A DNA stretch of 27,602 nucleotides from a virus (lineage: Duplodnaviria > Caudoviricetes), in the IMG/VR virus record IMGVR_UViG_3300032272_000056, positions 1 to 27,602 of that record; one strand, given 5' to 3'. The position numbers and the translations under genes were made by a program. This document shows, piece after piece, positions 8,704 through 17,608 of this stretch (positions are counted from its first letter, which is position 1; each line of letters opens with the position of its first letter). The notes beneath the pieces were generated by a model. That model ran no database searches. It was not told the DNA's origin and saw only the letters and a list, made by a program, of their open reading frames with translations.

Positions 8704-9834
8704 ATGGCATATGGAGCACGAGTTGATCCAGAGCAAATAAGTAGGGCACAGCAGTTCGGACAATCAGTATTCCCTGCAGCAGTAGGTGGGTTACGAAAGG
8801 CAAGTAATTTTGTTAAAAGCGTATCTCCAGTACGAGAGATGTATGGTGCGGCAAATCTAGTAAAAGATTTTGGGGTGGGCCTAGTTCAAGGGTTTACTGC
8901 AAATTCCCAGCCTACGCCGGTGCCTACGCCCTTACCTGCAGTTCCGGCAGCACTCACATCCGCAACAGTTACGCCCCAGCAGCAAGAACCAAGCGCTGCC
9001 CCTCCTATAACCGCGGGGTTGACACAAGCTCCCACATCCGCAACAGTTACGCCCCAGCAACAGGTTCCAAGCGCCGCCCCTCCTGTAACCGCAGGGCTAG
9101 AACCATCGACACAAGCTCCTCCTCCAGAGCAAACAGGAATGCAGTTCAGTAATGACATGGATACCAGAGCATACGCCCAAGGAGGGCTTCGTGAAATGCT
9201 TCGCTCTCCTGCGCCTAATGTTGCAAACACATTGATGCTTGATCCAGAGACAGGGAAGTACACAGTAAGGGAGTCTATGCAGGGTAGCGCATTTGCACCT
9301 GTGATGGAACGGCCATTGAGCCGTAGATTATTCAGTGGTACAGCGGCGGAGTTTGCCGCAGCAAACCAGGCTATTTCCGATAGGAACGCTCAGTTAATGA
9401 ATGGGTACGATATCCGAGGGCAGCAGTGGGCAGCTGCTACTGGCGGAGTCCCTAAGGATGTTGCCCAGGCTGGACTATACAATGCTCAGGCAGCAGCAGA
9501 GCCAATAACTGCAGAATCTGCAGCAGGGCTACGGAATGCCCAAGCAGATGTAGCTAAGACAGCCAAGCTATTGCAGTTTACTGAGGAAGTACCCACAGGG
9601 TTTGACGACTTTGGTACACCTAACCCCCCAAGGAAAGTTCAGAAATTCTTTGATCCCACAACAAGAACAGTTATTGACCCATTGTCAGGTGCTGCTCAGC
9701 GCCCCTCAATGGCAACTGCTATTGCAGCCAGAGCGGCACTACCGGCAGCAAAACAGAGCATAGTAGACAAGCATTTTGGGAACACACGCCCATCAGCAGA
9801 AGAAGTTATGAGCTTTATCTCTACCCTTAAATAA
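8704..9834 (+). CDS. Putative internal virion (ejection) protein
   Basis: 376 aa with SD GAGGT. Ala/Gln/Pro-rich, with no Cys in the translation. Lies immediately before the giant gene, as ejection proteins usually do. Confidence 0.55.
   Translation: MAYGARVDPEQISRAQQFGQSVFPAAVGGLRKASNFVKSVSPVREMYGAANLVKDFGVGLVQGFTANSQPTPVPTPLPAVPAALTSATVTPQQQEPSAAPPITAGLTQAPTSATVTPQQQVPSAAPPVTAGLEPSTQAPPPEQTGMQFSNDMDTRAYAQGGLREMLRSPAPNVANTLMLDPETGKYTVRESMQGSAFAPVMERPLSRRLFSGTAAEFAAANQAISDRNAQLMNGYDIRGQQWAAATGGVPKDVAQAGLYNAQAAAEPITAESAAGLRNAQADVAKTAKLLQFTEEVPTGFDDFGTPNPPRKVQKFFDPTTRTVIDPLSGAAQRPSMATAIAARAALPAAKQSIVDKHFGNTRPSAEEVMSFISTLK
8955..9100 (+). repeat. In-frame 78-bp tandem duplication (about 2 copies)
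   Basis: CACATCCGCAACAGTTACGCCCCAGCA at 8955 and 9033, encoding TSATVTPQQQ(E/V)PSAAPP(I/V)TAGL twice. Confidence 0.9.
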
Positions 9835-9845
9835 GGAAGTACTTT

Positions 9846-12800
9846 ATGGCTTTGCCCAGCTATCTTCAAGATGACACCTCGGTGGAAGGAACGCCTAGTT
9901 ACCTACAAGACCCATCGGCAGCAACACAGGCTCCTCCTCCCACTGCAGTACCGGAGGTTAAGAGCCCAGGCCTTGGGGACTACTTGTCTGTTGGCCTGAG
10001 GGGTCTTACAAAAGTCCCTGGAGCGGTGGTAGCTTCTGCTATTAGCTCTATTCAGGGGCAGTCTGGTGTAGAGGCTCCTGGGCAAGGAGATATATTTGAA
10101 GAGAACATCGTACGCCCAGTGGCCAAAGGACTAAGAGCTTTTGAACAGGAGACTGCCCAAAAATTTCCTGAGTCAACTGCGATACAAACATTATCCAGGC
10201 TACCTGCTGGGATAGGCTTCTCATTACCATCAGCGGCAACAGGCATAGCAGCAGGACTTTTAACCTCACCTACTGAGGCAGTACCTGGTGGGCAGGCGCT
10301 TCCTTTTATGGTTGGTGGTGCCACAGCTGGGGCCACTGCATACAGGGCATCCTCGTCAGACATAATGCGCTCATACATAGATACCCTTGACGAAGAAAAA
10401 AGGGCTACATCTGGAGTGGGTCTTACTCCTGAGGAAACCGAGGCGGCAAAGGCTGATTTCTCTTCCAAAGCCACAGAGGTAGGGCTATGGGAGGCCCTCC
10501 CGGAAGCGATAGGTGGAGCTGTTGCCGGTAGGCTTATTTTCTCCCCACTGAAAAAGATGGTTGGTGAAAGAATAGCAGCATCTATGGCAGGTAAAATAGG
10601 TGGTGTATTTGGTGAGGAACTGCTCACAGAGACAGTAACTCAGATAGGGCAGAGCAAGGCACTTGCAGGCACTAAACTGGCAGGAGAAGGTGATCCACTT
10701 GAGTTCACTCCTTCTGGGGCGCTACAGGCACTCAAAGAAGTTGCCCCGGACACGCTGCTCCTCACTGCCGTAATGGGTGGAGGTATGTCTGCTGGCCAAG
10801 GGCTGTACCGCCGCAGACAGGAGAACAAGTTGGCGACACAGCTGGGAGTCAACCGTGAAGAACTTGTGAAACGAGTTGGGGACCTGCTGGAGGCAAAACA
10901 GGCCAATCCTAATATCGATGTAAATAGTCCTGCAGCCATGGACTTTCTGGCTGGTGCTGTAACAATTGATGAAGAGGGATTTACGCAAGCTCGACCAGAA
11001 GTAGCACCCACAGAAGAAGGCGTAACTCCTGAGACTAAGAAAAGACCAGCAAAGATATTTACTCGCCTGGAGGATACCGAGGACACAGTAAACTACAATA
11101 TTCGAGGAGAGGACTTTGCTTATAAGCCACCAGAAGGTGCAACTGTCCAAGACCTGAAAGCTGGCATAGCTGGCAAGTCTGACGCAGCTGCGGTGCAGTG
11201 GCTAAAGAAAAACGCTGAGGTTGTTCCTAAGGAAGAAGTGGGGGTACGTGATGATACTATTCAACCGGCTGGAGATCAGGCTGCTGAGCAAGAGGGAGTC
11301 ACTGAGACTCCTGCAGCAGCAGCTAGAGCCATTGAGGATACTGAACAACTTAAAACAGAAGCAACGCCAGAGTACCTCAGACAGCCCACTGGCGAAGCAA
11401 CTGTGGGGCAGGGCGTCCAAGATGTACCAGGAGCGGAGGTGGTGGCACCTGTACAAGCCGAAGCAGCGCCTGGAAGTGCGGAGAGAGTAACCCCACAGAC
11501 TGTCGTAGAAGCAATGGAGAATGCCAACGTTGCTGCGCGTATCAAGTCCCCACAAGCAGCTGCTACGTCTATCACAGAAATTACAAAGACATCCAAAACA
11601 ATTGCTGATGCTGTTAACCACTACGTGAAGAAGCCACTCACCACCGCCAAAGGGCTGCAAAAGAACATGGACAAGAAGATTGCTGCCAAAGCACCTCAAG
11701 CTGATATCCTCAAAGTGCAGGCGATGATTGTTAAAGAAACTAACCGAGCCACTGCTGCCCAGGATACATTGGCAGCGCTTGGTAGCCCTGAAGTAGACGC
11801 TGCCCTAGTTGATATATTTGAAACAGGTAAAGCTCCCACCGAGGTTACCATGCCTCCTGCTGTGAGGTCATATGAGACCACGGATACAGAAGTACAAGCA
11901 GCCCCTGGAGGTGTAGAAAAAGTAACCTCCAAAACAATTGCAGCTGGCCTCGACGACACTATACAGGAAAGCACCAAGGTCACTACACCTGCTAGTGTTC
12001 TCAGTGACCTGTCTTCATGGACAGAAAAAGAGAGCCGTGCCGCATCTGAGGCGTACGCCAAGAAGGGTTTTGTAGAAGGAAACGAAAGTACTGAGATACT
12101 GGGCGATTTTAATGGTTTTACTTTGTCATTAGACCATGCACTGGGGACGCAGAGGGTGGAGCACAACGCCTCTGGCACAGTTGTTGAGATGGGTATGGAC
12201 AGTACTGGGGAGCAATACTATAACGTTGAGGGGTCTTGGGATGGTTTGAAAGACGCTGGGTTTGACCCTGATACGTTTACTATGGATGATGGTAAACTTG
12301 CTACTTTTTTCAGTAAGGCCAGGAAAGGGCTATCAGAGAAACCAGAGGGAGGACAACTTGAAGCAAAAACGACGCCAGAAGCGGAAGCAGGCAAAGAAAC
12401 GGCAGGCCAGGAAGCAGCAGGAAGAAAAGAAATAGCTTCCCCGAAACTCGCAGGAGTGTACAGAGACCCAGGCAGAGCAGAGTCAGACTCCATCCAGAAA
12501 GGGATAGAAAAAAAATCAATTGCGCAGGCCACCAAATTCCTAATCGATAATGCTCCTACTCCTGCATACAAGGCCATAGCTACTAAAGTTCGCACAAGCA
12601 TTCAGCGGATGCACATGGCTGGTATCAAGTCTGAGCTACATATCGCGCACAAGGGTGATGAAGTTCCTTCTTTGCTTGCCAAGGCCAGAGGGCTGTCTAT
12701 CACTACCCTGCGAGGAACACCTAAGGTGGACATATGGCTCAACGGCTCAGACATCACAGGCAAGGTTGGAACGTCCTACGAGGCAGCTCTACACGAGTTT

Positions 12801-15800
12801 GCCCATGCGGCTTCTCAGATGGCAATATATGTGGGTGGTAGGAATATTGCCAAAGGTAGTAAACTCGCAAAGTCTGTCATGGATCTGGCCATTGTGACTG
12901 AGGACATAACCAAACACCTTAATGATCGAATAGCTGCATCAAAAAGCGGTGGCACCGAATTAACTTCTTTTGAGAAGGTATTGGCCTCTGGTGGGGTAAA
13001 TGTTCTTGAAACTCCGCACGAGACTCTTGCCTGGACACTATCAAACAAAGACGTCCAGGAGTACCTGGACACCATAGAGGTGGAAGGGAAAACACTGTGG
13101 AGCAAGTTTGTTGCTTCGTTCAGAAAACTGCTTGGCCTTCCAGTTTCGGCCAACTCAGCTCTCAGCAAAGTACTCGCTGCGGGTGAAACCATCCTGGATG
13201 TTTCTCCGTCAGCGCTACTGAAAGCCCTGCAGGCCTCCAAGAAATCTACTGTAAAGCAAACAGCTGCCCAGCAGATCTCAGAGCCTGAGAAAATTTTCAA
13301 CGCTGTGGGTGGTAAACTCAAGGCAGGAAGTGAAAAAGTATCAAGAGCAATAGGTATACTAAGTAAGCCTAAGGACAAACTGCACCAACTATTTGTGCAG
13401 TCTGCACCCGCATGGTTGTCTGTTGCCCCACTCCATACACTAGTGCAGACATTTGGGAAGAATATCTCGCAGATCAGGGACTTCTCACAGCATCTCAGCG
13501 GGGTTGTTGCCAGTAAAACAGAGATTGTGGATACCTCTGCGGTAAACCACGATGCTGCTGAAACTGCTGCAAAGAAAGGCGTAGGAGTAGATACCTTTAA
13601 TCGCGCGGCTGCAACTGCATCGTTCAACCGAATGACTCCGTGGGAGGGGCTGCTTGATCAGGAGTGGGTTCCTGCTGAGGGCACAACAGAAGACCGACTA
13701 AAGTACGCTCAGAAGTCATGGGTAAAAGCCGGGATGCAGAATGCCACAGGAATGTCGTTTGTAAAAGCTCATACCGAAGCAGCACAGGCATATAAAAATT
13801 TGAAGACCCCAGAGTTAAAAGAGGCTTATATAAAAATTGTTGAGCATATTGGCAGCATACGTACAAGGGAGAGGAACAACCTACTTACCCACATTGAGTC
13901 TGTATCTGGGGAAGGGTCTGAGTTGCGGAAAGATCTCATGGAGCAGTTTAATGCTTCGTTCAGTGATTTATATGGAGCATACTGGCCGCTGTCCAGGGTA
14001 GGTGAGTATATCCTTGAGCATGTGGATGCTGATGGTTTTAGGACTGTGGAGCACTTCACTAACACATCTGATCGTGCAGCTCGTAAAAATGAACTTCTCC
14101 AGAGTGGTATTGACCAGAGCACTATCAAGGAAGACTTTAAGAACCTGCATCCAAAAGGTTCAGTTGCTATCCCCCCAATGCTTATGGGGCAGTTGTCCAG
14201 TGCAGTGCAGGCGAAGACCTTGGAAGGTGTTGACCAGTCCAGTGAAGAAGCTGTCTCCTTGGCTGAGCAGAGAGCGCAGGCAATTGTCGATGACATGAAC
14301 CAGATATGGTTACGGTGGCAGCCTGAAACTTCTGCGCTCAAGAACTCTGTGCAACGGAAGAACGTGAAAGGGTTCTCCACAGACATGCTTAGGAGCTACT
14401 TGGATTACATGCAGCGGCATGCGTCAAGCATTGCATGGACTGAGCAAGGAAAGGAGATTGAAAACGACATCCAGTCGCTTAACGACGATATCAGTGCCCA
14501 GAAAGCTACAGGCGTGGATGTAACCATGCAGAGGCATTTACTTAATGATCTGCGCAACAGGATCCATGCGCTGCAGTCTGTATCAGTCGGGCCAGCTGCT
14601 TCTGCCCTAGGTAAGCTTAGTACTGGTTACTATATGACCTCTCCCTCTATTGCGCTGGTGCAGATGAGTCAGCTTGGAGTGCTTACGTTCCCTAAGCTGG
14701 CAGTGAAGTATGGTATGGGTAAATCAGTTAAAGCACTCAACAGGGGTGTTAAGAATGCTTTTAATCGTAAGTTTACCAGGGATGCGATGTTCGACGATGT
14801 TGAGGTTAATGTGGTGTATGAGAATATGCGCTCCGTTGTTACTGACGAGAACAGGAATACCCCCATGGCTAAAGGAAAGGCCCTTGGGGACAGGCTGTTT
14901 TCTGATGAGCAGGTACTTAAGTCGATCAAAAAGCTTATACCGTACCAGCAGCAGCTACTCACTTTGCGGGAGGCAATGGCGCGAAATTTACTGGACATAT
15001 CCGCAGCGCATGAAGCGTATGAGCTAACTAAGGGCAAAGACCCCAAGAGTCTCAGGAGCAAAATATTTAACCTTGCCCTGATGCCGATGAGTCTGTCTGA
15101 GCTTGCCTCCAGGAAGTCTACTGTGTTGGCCACCCTTGAGCTTTCTCAGAACGAAGGCAAGAACTTCTTTGAGTCTATGACCGATATTGCTGAAGTTGTT
15201 GACGACACTCTGTATTCGTATTCCAAGGAAGCCAAGGGTAGTGCCATGCAAGGTGGCATTTCCAGGGTTGTACTTCAGTTCCAGCATTACCGGATAATGA
15301 CTGGGTTGCGCCTTGCCCTGCTGTTTAATAACGCGGTAAGGGGTGAAAGTACAGCAGTGAAAAAAGCTGCCACGAAAGAGTTCATCGGCATCATGGGTAT
15401 GACCGGAGCGTTGGCAGGAACCATGGGGATTCCTCTTTCTAAGACTTTGTTTGCACTCCTCGACGCAGTGCTTGGAGATGACGATGAACCTCTTGACTCT
15501 CAGCTTGTTTTTACTAACTGGCTCCAGGAGAACTTAGGCAAGGATGCAGGTGACGTTGCAGCCTATGGGCTGCCTACGATAGCCGGTATGAACTTATCCA
15601 GGCGCATTGGCCTGGCAGACATTTATGGGGCACAGAACGAGCCTCCTGTTGGATTGCACGGTAGAAACCTTGCAGCTTGGTGGGCAGCTAGTCAGCTTGG
15701 CCCAATATTCTCAGTCGGCCAAGGGTGGGCTCAAGGGTACGATGAGATTGTCAACAAGGGCAATTACATGAAGGGGCTCGAAGTTGCTACACCAAAACCG

Positions 15801-16226
15801 ATTAGAGATAGTCTCAAGGCACTCAGGGTTGCTACCGAGGGGCTGAAAACTTCCCAAGGGAAAAAGCTACTTGCTGATGAAGACATCGGCGCTGATGAAG
15901 TATTGATGATCGCTCTTGGTTTTAATGCAGACGAGGTGGCTAAAGCCTACAGTGCAGAGAGAAGTCTACAGAAAATATCTGCACAGATATCCTCCAGGAG
16001 AGGTAAGCTTGTGCGAAACGCTGCACGCGCTATCGCTGAGAGTGATGACACTGAGAGAGTACTACAAGACATCCGAACATTCAACCGGAAGATGCCTCAG
16101 TACGCGATCAGTGGCAGTGATGTACGCCCGGCAGTACGAAAGATCATTAAAGGAGAACTTGGTGCTACCGGGCGCAGAGAGCGTCTCGTGGCGTCTCAGT
16201 ACGAGATACCGGTTTTTACACCGTGA
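9846..16226 (+). CDS. Giant polyvalent/ejection protein with a zincin-like metallopeptidase (HExxH) and a PLxRFG-like C-terminal region
   Basis: 2126 aa. Gly/Ala-rich hydrophobic helices in the N-terminus; ALHEFAHAA (HEFAH 12792-12806) with downstream 'HETLAW...LWSKFV..FRKLLG'; YWPLSRVGEY (PLSRVG 13986-14003); helical C-terminus typical of phage large polyvalent proteins. Confidence 0.8.
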   Translation: MALPSYLQDDTSVEGTPSYLQDPSAATQAPPPTAVPEVKSPGLGDYLSVGLRGLTKVPGAVVASAISSIQGQSGVEAPGQGDIFEENIVRPVAKGLRAFEQETAQKFPESTAIQTLSRLPAGIGFSLPSAATGIAAGLLTSPTEAVPGGQALPFMVGGATAGATAYRASSSDIMRSYIDTLDEEKRATSGVGLTPEETEAAKADFSSKATEVGLWEALPEAIGGAVAGRLIFSPLKKMVGERIAASMAGKIGGVFGEELLTETVTQIGQSKALAGTKLAGEGDPLEFTPSGALQALKEVAPDTLLLTAVMGGGMSAGQGLYRRRQENKLATQLGVNREELVKRVGDLLEAKQANPNIDVNSPAAMDFLAGAVTIDEEGFTQARPEVAPTEEGVTPETKKRPAKIFTRLEDTEDTVNYNIRGEDFAYKPPEGATVQDLKAGIAGKSDAAAVQWLKKNAEVVPKEEVGVRDDTIQPAGDQAAEQEGVTETPAAAARAIEDTEQLKTEATPEYLRQPTGEATVGQGVQDVPGAEVVAPVQAEAAPGSAERVTPQTVVEAMENANVAARIKSPQAAATSITEITKTSKTIADAVNHYVKKPLTTAKGLQKNMDKKIAAKAPQADILKVQAMIVKETNRATAAQDTLAALGSPEVDAALVDIFETGKAPTEVTMPPAVRSYETTDTEVQAAPGGVEKVTSKTIAAGLDDTIQESTKVTTPASVLSDLSSWTEKESRAASEAYAKKGFVEGNESTEILGDFNGFTLSLDHALGTQRVEHNASGTVVEMGMDSTGEQYYNVEGSWDGLKDAGFDPDTFTMDDGKLATFFSKARKGLSEKPEGGQLEAKTTPEAEAGKETAGQEAAGRKEIASPKLAGVYRDPGRAESDSIQKGIEKKSIAQATKFLIDNAPTPAYKAIATKVRTSIQRMHMAGIKSELHIAHKGDEVPSLLAKARGLSITTLRGTPKVDIWLNGSDITGKVGTSYEAALHEFAHAASQMAIYVGGRNIAKGSKLAKSVMDLAIVTEDITKHLNDRIAASKSGGTELTSFEKVLASGGVNVLETPHETLAWTLSNKDVQEYLDTIEVEGKTLWSKFVASFRKLLGLPVSANSALSKVLAAGETILDVSPSALLKALQASKKSTVKQTAAQQISEPEKIFNAVGGKLKAGSEKVSRAIGILSKPKDKLHQLFVQSAPAWLSVAPLHTLVQTFGKNISQIRDFSQHLSGVVASKTEIVDTSAVNHDAAETAAKKGVGVDTFNRAAATASFNRMTPWEGLLDQEWVPAEGTTEDRLKYAQKSWVKAGMQNATGMSFVKAHTEAAQAYKNLKTPELKEAYIKIVEHIGSIRTRERNNLLTHIESVSGEGSELRKDLMEQFNASFSDLYGAYWPLSRVGEYILEHVDADGFRTVEHFTNTSDRAARKNELLQSGIDQSTIKEDFKNLHPKGSVAIPPMLMGQLSSAVQAKTLEGVDQSSEEAVSLAEQRAQAIVDDMNQIWLRWQPETSALKNSVQRKNVKGFSTDMLRSYLDYMQRHASSIAWTEQGKEIENDIQSLNDDISAQKATGVDVTMQRHLLNDLRNRIHALQSVSVGPAASALGKLSTGYYMTSPSIALVQMSQLGVLTFPKLAVKYGMGKSVKALNRGVKNAFNRKFTRDAMFDDVEVNVVYENMRSVVTDENRNTPMAKGKALGDRLFSDEQVLKSIKKLIPYQQQLLTLREAMARNLLDISAAHEAYELTKGKDPKSLRSKIFNLALMPMSLSELASRKSTVLATLELSQNEGKNFFESMTDIAEVVDDTLYSYSKEAKGSAMQGGISRVVLQFQHYRIMTGLRLALLFNNAVRGESTAVKKAATKEFIGIMGMTGALAGTMGIPLSKTLFALLDAVLGDDDEPLDSQLVFTNWLQENLGKDAGDVAAYGLPTIAGMNLSRRIGLADIYGAQNEPPVGLHGRNLAAWWAASQLGPIFSVGQGWAQGYDEIVNKGNYMKGLEVATPKPIRDSLKALRVATEGLKTSQGKKLLADEDIGADEVLMIALGFNADEVAKAYSAERSLQKISAQISSRRGKLVRNAARAIAESDDTERVLQDIRTFNRKMPQYAISGSDVRPAVRKIIKGELGATGRRERLVASQYEIPVFTP

Positions 16227-16569
16227 TTACGCGTCTAATTCTACTACAACGAAAGGTTGGTGGCGGACTTGCTGCCCTTTTGTGCTCCTTGAGCGCACAG
16301 TCCAGACCGGGAAGCCGTTCAGTGTGTCCTCGTGCAGGAACTCGTACGCTCCTAGGGACACCCTCCCTTGAAGTTCTTGTTTGCAGTTCACGAAAAAATC
16401 GTGCTCCATGTAGATTACGATTCTGGGTCTACGATTCGGGGCGCGTGAGTCCCTCTGTATCTGGTGGTATTTGTCACGTACAGCATTAAGTACATCGTCT
16501 ATTTGCATTTTTACTCCTCAAATTAAAGTAGTAGCGTCTCAGTATGAGATACCCGTCTATATGAGATGA
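16188..16569 (+). repeat. Diverged direct repeat of the last 13 codons of the giant gene (16188-16226 and 16531-16569)
   Basis: GTGGCGTCTCAGTACGAGATACCGGTTTTTACACCGTGA (VASQYEIPVFTP*) versus GTAGCGTCTCAGTATGAGATACCCGTCTATATGAGATGA (VASQYEIPVYMR*). Same length; differences in the first 9 codons are synonymous. Confidence 0.9.
16227..16508 (-). CDS. Hypothetical protein
   Basis: 93 aa with SD GAGGAG. Its stop abuts the giant gene's stop tail-to-tail. Confidence 0.7.
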   Translation of the reverse strand: MQIDDVLNAVRDKYHQIQRDSRAPNRRPRIVIYMEHDFFVNCKQELQGRVSLGAYEFLHEDTLNGFPVWTVRSRSTKGQQVRHQPFVVVELDA

Positions 16570-16572
16570 GGG

Positions 16573-16785
16573 TCAGGGTACTAGTGACACACCTACATTC
16601 ACTCTGGAGAACGGGCACTCTGGCTCATCATATACCCACACTCTATGATTGACGGTGTAGTATTTTTCACTACCCTCTCCACCCAGTCTTATCTCGTCTC
16701 CTACAACAGGTACATGGGCAGAAACCTGCTTAAAAAATAGCTCATCGTCATGGATGAAGTGGATACTTACTTTTTCTTTTTGCAT
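16573..16785 (-). CDS. Hypothetical small beta-rich protein
   Basis: About 70 aa from ATG 16785 (SD GAAGGT). 'VPVVGDEIRL...YTV..RVW' pattern. Confidence 0.65.
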   Translation of the reverse strand: MQKEKVSIHFIHDDELFFKQVSAHVPVVGDEIRLGGEGSEKYYTVNHRVWVYDEPECPFSRVNVGVSLVP

Positions 16786-16805
16786 ATTCACCTTCTCAAA
16801 TAAAT

Positions 16806-17384
16806 TCAGAAATTCCTAGCGTAGTGCGCCAGTTCGATAGGGAGATCTACATCCCTGCATATGCCCCACTCTGTGAACGGATTCAGCCCACAAGGTTTCC
16901 CAGCAAATAGCGTAACAAAAGGCATGACCCACCCAGGATTATCCCACTCTGGTATCTCCTGCTCGGGAGCGTGTAAGTTGCACAGCCACACTTTCAACGG
17001 CGCACCTATGTACGTGTGGGTTTCTGTGGTAACTATATCCATGCGGTGGTGCTGACCACCCAGGCTTGTAAAGAGCGTGCTGTGATCAAATCTCCCTTCC
17101 TTACGAAGGACAAAACCATGATTCCTTCTGAATGGGTGCGTATCGTTTGCTATAACCAAGGTGCCATCTTCTCTGCAGCAGTAGAACCTATGGGGTGTAT
17201 GTTTTATATCACCCCCAGTACTAAGCATAAACAGGTTCACGCGTCTTCTGCCCTCAAGCGACGCTGCTACCTCTGTACATCTGAAGGGCACCTTACCTGG
17301 GACAGACATTCCATCTGAGTCCAACGTGTGGTCGCTAACGTTCCCAAGCGAAACAGTCCAGGCGTATTTCTCACATTTTTCCAT
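16806..17384 (-). CDS. Hypothetical protein
   Basis: 192 aa with SD AAGGA. His/Cys-rich; no recognised family. Confidence 0.65.
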   Translation of the reverse strand: MEKCEKYAWTVSLGNVSDHTLDSDGMSVPGKVPFRCTEVAASLEGRRRVNLFMLSTGGDIKHTPHRFYCCREDGTLVIANDTHPFRRNHGFVLRKEGRFDHSTLFTSLGGQHHRMDIVTTETHTYIGAPLKVWLCNLHAPEQEIPEWDNPGWVMPFVTLFAGKPCGLNPFTEWGICRDVDLPIELAHYARNF

Positions 17385-17397
17385 TGTACCATCCTTC

Positions 17398-17604
17398 TCA
17401 AAGTAAAGTAGAAATTATCCAGGACAGTGAAATAATAAGAACTGTCACGGGGCCTTTGAAAATGTTATACAGAGTACCCTGTTCAAGCCTCAACGCTTGC
17501 TCACGAAGTACTCTATTACCTGCATATACCTTGAGCAGATACCATATCCTGATGGCTGCTAGGAGTGCAAATACGCAGGCGTTTATTGTTATGAAGTTTT
17601 GCAT
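17398..17604 (-). CDS. Small membrane protein (two predicted TM segments)
   Basis: Likely start ATG 17604, just after the upstream stop. Hydrophobic stretches FITINACVFALLAAIRIWYLL and VTVLIISLSWIISTLL. Confidence 0.6.
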   Translation of the reverse strand: MQNFITINACVFALLAAIRIWYLLKVYAGNRVLREQALRLEQGTLYNIFKGPVTVLIISLSWIISTLL

Positions 17605-17608
17605 TAGC

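Noticed and set aside
12815-13627. Long antisense ORFs (for example 270 aa at 12815-13627, 193 aa at 4152-4733, 191 aa at 10052-10627, 206 aa at 23205-23825)
   Set aside because: They lie wholly opposite well-supported genes, have Ser/Ala-rich shadow-frame composition, and show no convincing SD or motifs.
15916-16489. + strand ORFs 15916-16371 and 16223-16489 running past the giant gene's stop
   Set aside because: No good SD or slippery site seen. They overlap a better-supported minus-strand gene with a clear SD.
16188-16569. Repeat pair considered as a DGR VR/TR, an att site or CRISPR repeats
   Set aside because: Differences are mostly synonymous and not adenine-specific. There are only two copies, and no reverse transcriptase, integrase, tRNA or cas gene is in the window.
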